A stretch of 12,912 nt of DNA. Source: Candidatus Poribacteria bacterium. GTDB lineage: Bacteria > Poribacteria > WGA-4E > PCPOR2b. The notes under the pieces are model-generated. The model was not told the DNA's origin. It searched no databases and saw only the letters and a program-made list of their open reading frames with translations. The stretch covers positions 1-12,912 of the forward strand of contig JADFGN010000173.1 in the NCBI GenBank assembly GCA_022567695.1, written 5' to 3'. Positions 6,609-12,912 of this stretch are shown piece after piece. The first letter of the stretch is position 1; each line of letters opens with the position of its first letter. The position numbers and the translations under genes are program-made.

Positions 6609-7085
6609 ATGCCTGAAGATAAATCACCATCCACTTTGGATTTGCTCAAGCAAGTTTGTGACATTATGGAGAACCACGACCTAGCGGAAGTTTACCTGCG
6701 TGAAGGCGAGGTGACTCTTAGAGTCCGGCGATCCGGCACATCGATGCCTGGTCCTCTCGTCATACAACCCCCTTCGTATATGCATTCACAAACGGAACCT
6801 ACGGAGTCTAACTCTGCACCATCGGTTCAATTGCCGCATGAAGTAGAAGAGGTCATAAAATCACCGATGCTTGGCAGATTTTATCGGGCTCCTAATCCAG
6901 ATCAACCTCCCTATGTTGAGGAGGGAGATACTGTAGCAGAAGAAACGGTACTGTGCCAAATCGAAGCGATGAAGATTTTCAATGATATACCGGCGCCTTT
7001 CTCTTGTGAAATCCTTGAGATCCTTGTTGAAGACGATAGCGTTGTTGAGTACGATCAACCCTTGTTCCGAGTCAGACGAACATAA
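6609..7085 (+). CDS. accB: Acetyl-CoA carboxylase biotin carboxyl carrier protein.
   Basis: The C-terminal biotinyl domain has the EAMK biotin-attachment motif (CQIEAMKIFNDIPAP) and a Pro/Ser-rich linker. It sits immediately upstream of accC, as in the conserved accBC operon. Confidence 0.85.
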   Translation: MPEDKSPSTLDLLKQVCDIMENHDLAEVYLREGEVTLRVRRSGTSMPGPLVIQPPSYMHSQTEPTESNSAPSVQLPHEVEEVIKSPMLGRFYRAPNPDQPPYVEEGDTVAEETVLCQIEAMKIFNDIPAPFSCEILEILVEDDSVVEYDQPLFRVRRT

Positions 7086-7107
7086 AAAACATGTTCAATG
7101 AGAGCTT

Positions 7108-8484
7108 ATGTTTAATAAGATTTTGATTGCGAATCGTGGCGAAATTGCTGTTCGGATTATTCGGACCTGTCGAGACATGGGTATCAAAACCGTTGCAGTG
7201 TATTCGACCGCCGATCAAGACGCTTTGCATGTCAAGTATGCTGACGAAAAATATTGCATTGGCCCGCCCTCTCCAACTGAGAGCTACCTCAAGCATCTCA
7301 GTCTTATTACGGCTGCCGAACTCACCAATGCGGATGCAATTCATCCCGGCGTCGGTTTTCTGGCGGAGGATGCGCTTTTTGCCGAGATTTGTAAAGAGCA
7401 CAAAATCACGTTCATCGGTCCTTCAATAGATAACCTGACTGAAATGGGGGATAAGGCAGAGGCACGCGAAACGATGGCAAAAGCGGGGCTAGAATTGGTT
7501 CCCGGTAGCCGACGTCAGAAGGGTGGTATCTTAAAGAAAAACCCTAAAAAGGGAGTGATTGAAAGTGAAGAGGAAGCTTTAGAACTTGCTGAGAAAATAG
7601 GTTATCCGGTGGGGATTAAAGCCGTATCTGGCGGTGGCGGACGTGGCATACGAATCGCGTATAATGACATGGCCCTGCGCAACCTTTTCTACACGGTAAA
7701 ATCGGAAGCTGAAGCGGCGTTTGGCAATGCCGAGGTATACATAGAGAAGTGGATTGAGAACGCACGACACATTGAGATGCAGGTGCTTGCCGACAATCAC
7801 GGTAATGTCATCCACCTTGGCGAGCGAGAATGTTCAATCCAACGAAAACAGCAGAAGTTAGTAGAGGAAGCCCCATCCCCGTCGTTGTCTCCTAAAATTC
7901 GTAGTGAAATCAGCAGGGCCGCCATTAGAGCTGTGAGATCAATCGGGTTTTCAAATGCCGGGACAATTGAGTTTATCGTTGATCCGGAGGATAGTTTTTA
8001 TTTCCTTGAGATGAATACACGGATACAGGTAGAACATACGGTGACGGAGATGATTACCGGAATCGATCTCATTAAGGAGCAGATTCGTTTAGCAATGGGA
8101 GAGGAACTCGGATACGATCAATCAGACGTGGACGCAATGATGAATGGTCATGCCATCGAGTGCCGGATCAATGCTGAAGACCCTGACAATAACTTTACGC
8201 CTTCTCCCGGTAAAATCGACGGGTATCTTCCTCCTGGAGGAATCGGTATACGGGTGGATAGCCACCTCTATGATGGTTACGTTGTGCCTCCTTTTTACGA
8301 TTCACTGGTTGCAAAACTGATCGCTCATGGCCGGGACAGAACGGAAGCAATTGCCAGAATGAAGCGCGCGTTGGATGAGTTTACAATTGGCGGAATTAAG
8401 ACAACTATCCCTTTATGCAAGCGGATTATGAATGACGAACGTTTCTTGAACGGCCTCGTCTATACCAACTTTTTAGAGGGATGA
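7108..8484 (+). CDS. accC: Acetyl-CoA carboxylase biotin carboxylase subunit.
   Basis: The N-terminus [19 protein letters not shown] matches the biotin carboxylase start. It carries the ATP-grasp glycine-rich loop [14 protein letters not shown] and the conserved [14 protein letters not shown] block. Confidence 0.92.
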   Translation: MFNKILIANRGEIAVRIIRTCRDMGIKTVAVYSTADQDALHVKYADEKYCIGPPSPTESYLKHLSLITAAELTNADAIHPGVGFLAEDALFAEICKEHKITFIGPSIDNLTEMGDKAEARETMAKAGLELVPGSRRQKGGILKKNPKKGVIESEEEALELAEKIGYPVGIKAVSGGGGRGIRIAYNDMALRNLFYTVKSEAEAAFGNAEVYIEKWIENARHIEMQVLADNHGNVIHLGERECSIQRKQQKLVEEAPSPSLSPKIRSEISRAAIRAVRSIGFSNAGTIEFIVDPEDSFYFLEMNTRIQVEHTVTEMITGIDLIKEQIRLAMGEELGYDQSDVDAMMNGHAIECRINAEDPDNNFTPSPGKIDGYLPPGGIGIRVDSHLYDGYVVPPFYDSLVAKLIAHGRDRTEAIARMKRALDEFTIGGIKTTIPLCKRIMNDERFLNGLVYTNFLEG

Positions 8485-8562
8485 GATCAAAACGTGGAAC
8501 GTGCAATGAAGGCGTATTCCTAATTCACCCCAAACTTCCAAAGTCAGTCTGAAATTAAGCTT

Positions 8563-9285
8563 ATGTGCTTATCTATTGATGTTGTTTTTACGCCAGACCT
8601 TCTACCTTTTTCCAACCTCGCAGGTAAAACTGTTGTTGTCACCGACATCCTTCGTGCCACAACGACCATCACAGTTGCCATCGCAAACGGCGCACAGCAC
8701 ATCACACCGGTTCTTACACCTGATGATGCATTTTGTCTCGCCGCGAGCCAATCTGATACGCTGATCGGCGGTGAGCGTCACGGCGTAAAGGTTGATGGCT
8801 TCCAGCTCGGGAATTCGCCGCGTGAATATACCCGAGATATAGTTTCAGGCAGACAAATTGTTTTGACGACAACCAACGGCACTCGTACCTTGCAGGCGTG
8901 CGGAACTGCCAAGCAAGTGCTTGTCGGGTCATTTCTCAACCTTCAAGCGGTCGTCAATCTGTTGGCGAAAGACACAGAGGATGTAGTCTTTGCGTGCGCC
9001 GGGCGTGAAGGAGGCTTCTGCATGGAAGATACAGTCTTCGCCGGAGCGTGCGTGGATGCCCTGAGCACAGGGGGTATGACTGCCAACCTGACTGATGCCG
9101 CGGAGGCGGCGCGGCTTCTTTACCGTGAGCATAGCAATAATTTAACCGGCATGTTGCAAAATTGCTATCACGGTCGATACCTTGCCAGCATAGGGTTAGC
9201 AGCCGATGTTGAATTTTGCGCGCAATTAAATCTGGTTGATATAGTACCTCGCCAAATTAAAGGACAGGTTAAACTGAGCAATTAG
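8563..9285 (+). CDS. comB: 2-phosphosulfolactate phosphatase (ComB) family protein.
   Basis: The N-terminus IDVVFTP...GKTVVVTDILRATTTITVAIANGA matches the ComB-family signature (VVVIDVLRA[ST]T[ST]I). The length of ~240 aa is typical of the family. Confidence 0.6.
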   Translation: MCLSIDVVFTPDLLPFSNLAGKTVVVTDILRATTTITVAIANGAQHITPVLTPDDAFCLAASQSDTLIGGERHGVKVDGFQLGNSPREYTRDIVSGRQIVLTTTNGTRTLQACGTAKQVLVGSFLNLQAVVNLLAKDTEDVVFACAGREGGFCMEDTVFAGACVDALSTGGMTANLTDAAEAARLLYREHSNNLTGMLQNCYHGRYLASIGLAADVEFCAQLNLVDIVPRQIKGQVKLSN

Positions 9286-9378
9286 GAAGTTGATGCGGAA
9301 ATAGATTGAAAGGTTGTTGAATTGAGTGATTGAGGGATGGTGTGTCGTCGCACAAAAAATAAACCATTCCTTTTTTTA

Positions 9379-9406
9379 TTGACTTTTTGCTTAACTATGG
9401 TAAAAT
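9379..9406 (+). promoter_or_regulatory. Sigma70-type promoter with an extended -10 element, driving the tandem lipoprotein genes.
   Basis: TTGACT at 9379-9384 is followed by a 16-nt spacer and TAAAAT at 9401-9406. TGg lies immediately upstream of the -10 hexamer, giving the extended form TGnTAAAAT. An AT-rich UP-like tract (aaaaaataaaccattccttttttta) precedes it. Confidence 0.5.
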
Positions 9407-9505
9407 GGGACACAATATGATTCTACCGTGTCCTAAAGAGAAACCGAATGCCAATTTCTCGGGCGATTTGAATCGTCCACAGCAATTTGAAATAAGGAGT
9501 CTAAG

Positions 9506-10087
9506 ATGCAGAGACAATCGATTTGCCACCTAATCATCGCCCTATTTGCAATCGGGTTGATTGCCTGCGGCGATTCCGACGATGATAAAGACATTCAACA
9601 GGATGTCCCCGCGAAATCCACAACCCAAACCCCGATAGATAGCGAGGATATTGCTGTCCGCGAAGAGGTCGATTTTAACGTTGAAGAGGGGGCGATTCGC
9701 GATTTGTTCACCTCCCATGCCGCTGCCGTCACTGAACGTAAGGTTAATAAAATCATGGATCACTGGTTGAAGCTTGAAACGCGAGATGTGTTCATGGCAT
9801 GGAATTTCTGGAACGCTTTTACCCGGATCGAAACGTGGAAAGGGGTAAAAGGGTCCTTTGCTGGGACATTTGAGAAATTCAATAATGCAATGAATGTTAC
9901 CATCACGGAGGTCGGAATCGATAAGCGGGGAAAGGAAGCGACACTTCAGGCGGATTACCAATGGTTACAGAACGGTAAGCTTATCGCCGCGTTCAAGAAG
10001 GATAATAAAGAACAGTGGAAAATCCAAGCAATTGATTTTTCAAACAAGGATCTGATTAAGTGGATTAAAACCCCAGAACCTCAATAA
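9506..10087 (+). CDS. Lipoprotein with an NTF2-like (SnoaL/DUF4440-like) domain; first member of the paralog pair.
   Basis: A signal peptide precedes the lipobox LIAC|G, and the mature protein begins with an acidic, low-complexity segment. The NTF2-like core runs IRDLFTSHAAAVTERKVNKIMDHWLK...DVFM. An AAGGAG Shine-Dalgarno sequence lies upstream. Confidence 0.7.
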   Translation: MQRQSICHLIIALFAIGLIACGDSDDDKDIQQDVPAKSTTQTPIDSEDIAVREEVDFNVEEGAIRDLFTSHAAAVTERKVNKIMDHWLKLETRDVFMAWNFWNAFTRIETWKGVKGSFAGTFEKFNNAMNVTITEVGIDKRGKEATLQADYQWLQNGKLIAAFKKDNKEQWKIQAIDFSNKDLIKWIKTPEPQ

Positions 10088-10130
10088 TAACAGTGTTCAG
10101 CACACATAAAAGCTGAAATAGGAGGAAACG

Positions 10131-10742
10131 ATGAAACGCCAATCCATCTTTTACCTAATCGTCACTTTATTTGCAATTGGGTTGATTTCCTGCGGTGGCT
10201 CGGATGATAATGAAGAAGCTGAATCAAATCTGACCACGAAACCAACAGGCCAAACATCACCTTCCGACGACGAAGGGCCTGCTGTAAAAACGATAGAAGT
10301 TGACTTCCTAGCTGCGGAAGCAGAAATTAAAAGGGTGTTTACAGAACATGCTGACGCCGTTGGCGAGGGCCAAAAAGCACTCGACAAAATCATGAGTTAT
10401 TGGTTGGAAAGCAATAACGAAGATGTATTTACCTCTTGGACATTTTGGGCGGGAGCTTTTGAGAAAAACGTCGGCTGGGACGATATCAAAAATGGCTGGG
10501 TCGGAATTTTTCGTCTTCGCAGTGGTAAGATGACCGTTGACATCTCAAGCCTCTCAATCGATTCAAAAGGCAAAATCGCAACGTTACGTGCGACATATAA
10601 ATGGGCCGTCAGCGGCGATTTGATTGCGGCGATGCAAAAGGATGAAGGCGAATGGAAAATTCGCGCTATCGATTACACGAATGCAAGATTTGGAAAACAG
10701 ATTAAAGAACTTACCAAGCCCGGCTATAAAAATCCAGCGTAA
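10131..10742 (+). CDS. Lipoprotein with an NTF2-like (DUF4440-like) domain; second member of the paralog pair.
   Basis: A signal peptide precedes the lipobox LISC|G. The protein is clearly paralogous to the upstream gene, sharing LFAIGLI(A/S)CG.SDD, IM.(H/Y)WL and DLIAA..KD...WKI.AID(F/Y). An AGGAGG Shine-Dalgarno sequence lies upstream. Confidence 0.7.
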   Translation: MKRQSIFYLIVTLFAIGLISCGGSDDNEEAESNLTTKPTGQTSPSDDEGPAVKTIEVDFLAAEAEIKRVFTEHADAVGEGQKALDKIMSYWLESNNEDVFTSWTFWAGAFEKNVGWDDIKNGWVGIFRLRSGKMTVDISSLSIDSKGKIATLRATYKWAVSGDLIAAMQKDEGEWKIRAIDYTNARFGKQIKELTKPGYKNPA

Positions 10743-10770
10743 ACCCATCTCATTTCGGAAGTTGGGTGTA

Positions 10771-10813
10771 GTGCATTGTAAAATTATGCACCTTGCGAAC
10801 TTTTGCAAGTTCG
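10771..10813 (+). other. Two adjacent short hairpins, gtgcat-N9-atgcac and cgaactt-ttgc-aagttcg, in the intergenic region. They are a possible transcript-end or processing structure. No U-tract follows.
   Basis: The inverted repeats were read directly (6-bp and 7-bp stems). Confidence 0.25.
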
Positions 10814-10880
10814 GCTACGTGGCAAGACATATTTAACAATGTGTCGCATCGGCTATCCAACTTCCGACAACCTAATCGTT

Positions 10881-11525
10881 ATGAATCGCCCTGTTCAAAT
10901 TTCAATTTTACTCATTTGTATATTGTTGATTGCCAGTTGTACCGAGAGTGAAAACACGAAAGTAGACCTTTTGCCGCGGACAACGCCTGGTTCAATTAAC
11001 GGTAATATTTCGCCCATCAACGTCTATGATGCAGAGGTAACGGTCTTACAAGCTGGAGAGGTTATCGCCGTTGTAGGCGTTGATGATGGCATCTTTCGGA
11101 TCGATAATCTCCTACCCGGTGCATACGATCTCCGTGTCTCGGCGCTCGGGTATGTGACAAATGATGCCATCAGAAGTGTACAAGTTGTGGCAGGTGAAAC
11201 GGTTGAGGTTGGACGTGCCGTCATCTATCCTCAAGATGCAAGCGGGTATACCCCAACCCAACTCACGGGAATGGTACTTGATGCCGACAAAGGTGTACCG
11301 ATTGCCGACGCATCAATCGAGATTGAATGTACTGAAGGGCTTTGTAGCACGATTGAAAGCACCTCCAATCCCGATGGGAGGTTTGAAGTTGCCATTTGGG
11401 CAAATCTGGCTTCAATCGTCATCGTCGAAAAAGAAGGGTATCGGACAGCTCGGGTTGAGGTCGTTGGCATTCCGACCGCAACTGCTAAATCAATCGAAGT
11501 CAAGTTACAGAAAATCAATAAGTGA
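10881..11525 (+). CDS. Lipoprotein with two carboxypeptidase-regulatory-like (CarboxypepD_reg / Cna-B-like) beta-sandwich domains.
   Basis: I chose the start at ATG 10881 (MNRPVQISILLICILLIASC|TESEN), which gives a typical signal peptide and lipobox. The upstream in-frame extension from 10803 has no signal-peptide logic. Two repeats carry the CarboxypepD_reg signature (G.I.....A.V.V...G......DG.F.I.NL.PG.Y.L.VSA.GY and GMVLDADKGVPIADASIE......NPDGRFEV). Confidence 0.65.
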   Translation: MNRPVQISILLICILLIASCTESENTKVDLLPRTTPGSINGNISPINVYDAEVTVLQAGEVIAVVGVDDGIFRIDNLLPGAYDLRVSALGYVTNDAIRSVQVVAGETVEVGRAVIYPQDASGYTPTQLTGMVLDADKGVPIADASIEIECTEGLCSTIESTSNPDGRFEVAIWANLASIVIVEKEGYRTARVEVVGIPTATAKSIEVKLQKINK

Positions 11526-11535
11526 TTTAGATTAG

Positions 11536-12306
11536 TTAAGATTCCAAATTTCCTTGCTTCTTTATGAATGGTGTCAAGAGATCAATTGGAATTGGGAAGA
11601 TTAGAGTTGAGTTCTTCTCAGCGGAAACTTCAACGAGTGCCTGGAGGAATCGAAGTTGAATGGCAACTGGCGTTTTACTAAGAACCATTGCTGCCTCCGT
11701 CAGAGCCTTGGAAGATTCTAATTCACCCTCCGCATGCGTTCTTTTGGCTCGCCTTTCTCTTTCCGCTTCTGCCTGCTTTGCCATCGCTCGCTGCATTGCC
11801 TCAGGTAGGTCTACATGTTTAATCTCCATGGCAAGTACTTGAACACCCCACGGTTCACAGTGCTGCTTGATAATGTTCCCAAGGTCCTGATTCAGCTTAT
11901 CCCGCTCTGACAAGAGATCATCAAGGTCCGCCCTGCCAAGCACACTTCTAAGCGTGGTCTGGGCGAGCTGTCCGATTGCGAATCCAAAATCCTCTACCTC
12001 GATTACGGCTTTATCAGGGCCATCAACTCGAAAGGACAAAACAGCGTTAACGCTCACAGAGACGTTGTCCTTCGTAATCACGTCTTGAGGGGTCACATCC
12101 TGGACTATTACACGTAGGCTCATTCGTTCAATCCGCTCAATCCAGAATGGGATGAGAAAAACAAGCCCAGGCCCTCTCACCCCGCAAAACCGTCCAAGCC
12201 GAAAAACAACGGCCCTCTCATACTCTTTCATAATACGCACAAAGGTCATCAACGCAATCATCAGAAGCCCCATCCCGACAACCTCGATAACTCCTATATT
12301 TGGCAT
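11536..12306 (-). CDS. SPFH/band-7 family protein (stomatin/slipin-like).
   Basis: An N-terminal transmembrane hairpin ([20 protein letters not shown]) is followed by the band-7 core ([13 protein letters not shown]...[11 protein letters not shown]...) and the conserved coiled-coil tail ([19 protein letters not shown]). A strong Shine-Dalgarno sequence (AAGGAGAAGTGA before ATG) is visible on the - strand at 12307-12320. Confidence 0.85.
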   Translation of the reverse strand: MPNIGVIEVVGMGLLMIALMTFVRIMKEYERAVVFRLGRFCGVRGPGLVFLIPFWIERIERMSLRVIVQDVTPQDVITKDNVSVSVNAVLSFRVDGPDKAVIEVEDFGFAIGQLAQTTLRSVLGRADLDDLLSERDKLNQDLGNIIKQHCEPWGVQVLAMEIKHVDLPEAMQRAMAKQAEAERERRAKRTHAEGELESSKALTEAAMVLSKTPVAIQLRFLQALVEVSAEKNSTLIFPIPIDLLTPFIKKQGNLES

Positions 12307-12430
12307 TCACTTCTCCTTACATGTATTTTTGAGACTTATCACAGACTTTGGGCAAGAGCTGGTATTGAGTAAACTTCCTAAATCATCTCCTACTCCAAGG
12401 ATTGAGGAACGCTCGTAATAAAGCAGATTT

Positions 12431-12460
12431 ATCTTAGCACACTTACAATTTCCAAGTCAA
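12431..12460 (-). promoter_or_regulatory. Candidate sigma70 promoter for the stomatin-like gene, on the - strand.
   Basis: The reverse complement reads TTGACT (12455-12460), an 18-nt spacer, then TAAGAT (12431-12436). It lies just downstream of the stop of the preceding - strand ORF and leaves a ~118-nt leader. Confidence 0.3.
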
Positions 12461-12475
12461 TCTCGAAATTGGCTT

Positions 12476-12912
12476 CTATGCGCTATTCCCCACCATTTCT
12501 CGAACCTTCTCGAAAAAGGCTTGTTTGCGCGGCGTGTTTATTCCCCACTGGACAGGAACGCTTTGATAGCCATCACGGTAGTTATTTTCCCCCGGATCGA
12601 AATATCCCCACGAGGCATACTCGCTAATCGCCGCGACGAAATTGTTGAACGGCTTATCAAAATCAAAGTGATCATCTTCGTTGAACAGAATCGGCATCGG
12701 TCGATAACCCGGCACATTCCGCGCACTCCGAATCATCTCTGCAATACGGTTCGGATCGCTCACGCCGTTGCCATGCATCAATAGAAAGTCGGAGGCTCTC
12801 ACAACGTTTTCGCGTGAAACGGTTCCACCCCCGTAGCTTGTCCCAACAAGCAATCGTTGCCCATCACGGCTTGTCTCTTTCACCCGTTCGATGAGTTCGT
12901 GGACACGCTCTG
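12476..12912 (-). CDS. Hypothetical protein, C-terminal part. The reading frame stays open to the window edge, so the N-terminus lies outside the window.
   Basis: The - strand frame runs stop-free from 12912 to the stop at 12476. The translation ...ERVHELIERVKETSRDGQRLLVGTSYGGG...MHGNGVSDPNRIAEMIRSARNVPGYRPMPILFNEDDHFDFDKP... shows no family I can name with confidence. Confidence 0.5.
   Translation of the reverse strand, partial: ERVHELIERVKETSRDGQRLLVGTSYGGGTVSRENVVRASDFLLMHGNGVSDPNRIAEMIRSARNVPGYRPMPILFNEDDHFDFDKPFNNFVAAISEYASWGYFDPGENNYRDGYQSVPVQWGINTPRKQAFFEKVREMVGNSA

Noticed and set aside
6066-8932. Short ORFs embedded in or antisense to efp, accB, accC and the ComB-family gene, for example 6066-6260 (-), 6217-6411 (+), 6861-7058 (-), 7072-7401 (-), 7127-7429 (+), 7579-7815 (-), 8576-8764 (+) and 8714-8932 (-).
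   Set aside because: They overlap highly conserved housekeeping CDSs.
9417-9532. A possible upstream ORF in the lipoprotein leader, overlapping the start of the first lipoprotein gene out of frame.
   Set aside because: There is no Shine-Dalgarno sequence, and it overlaps the real start. It is probably just leader sequence.
10803-10880. A 26-codon N-terminal extension (MQVRLRGKTYLTMCRIGYPTSDNLIV) on the CarboxypepD_reg lipoprotein ORF.
   Set aside because: The internal ATG at 10881 begins a textbook signal peptide and lipobox. The extension would bury the signal peptide, so I chose the downstream start.
9542-11518. Antisense or alternative-frame ORFs across the lipoprotein genes, for example 9542-9961 (-), 10151-10393 (-), 10584-10808 (-), 10624-10836 (+), 11024-11224 (-), 11161-11535 (+) and 11231-11518 (-).
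   Set aside because: They sit opposite or out of frame to ORFs with clear signal-peptide and lipobox logic and have no independent support.
11660-12784. ORFs antisense to the stomatin gene (11660-11842, +) and to the terminal hypothetical gene (12521-12784, +; 12538-12726, -), plus the 12152-12418 (+) ORF spanning the stomatin start.
   Set aside because: They overlap better-supported genes. The stomatin frame has strong family motifs and a Shine-Dalgarno sequence.
1-12912. A search for CRISPR repeats, tRNA or rRNA genes, and integrase or transposase genes or their terminal inverted repeats.
   Set aside because: I could see no regularly spaced direct repeats, no tRNA-like cloverleaf-capable conserved blocks, and no recombinase motifs in any ORF.

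Overview
The window holds a conserved housekeeping backbone on the + strand: the 3' end of aroQ, then efp, accB, accC and a ComB-family phosphatase gene. This matches the widespread aroQ/efp/accB/accC neighbourhood. About 5.8 kb sits between aroQ and efp, and the first ~4.6 kb of it is AT-richer and codon-atypical. That segment carries a compact three-gene + strand operon. Its first gene is an atypical DNA cytosine-5 methyltransferase with an N-terminal winged-helix-like extension and a ~210-aa basic insertion between motifs VI (ENV) and VIII (QNRER). Its second gene is a MORC/MutL-like GHKL ATPase. Its third gene encodes a 333-aa protein with no motif I can recognise, whose ATG overlaps the ATPase stop codon (ATGA). 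I read this as a candidate, apparently undescribed, restriction-modification-like or epigenetic defence module. It appears to be inserted into a housekeeping locus and is followed by a GC-rich orphan DHDPS-family aldolase gene. Downstream of the backbone is a cell-envelope cluster. It has a strong extended -10 promoter driving two tandem paralogous NTF2-like lipoproteins, then a lipoprotein with carboxypeptidase-regulatory-like domains. A stomatin/SPFH gene and a partial hypothetical gene lie on the - strand. I found no tRNA, rRNA, CRISPR array, integrase or transposase. All calls rest on motif reading and gene-context reasoning, because no searches could be run.
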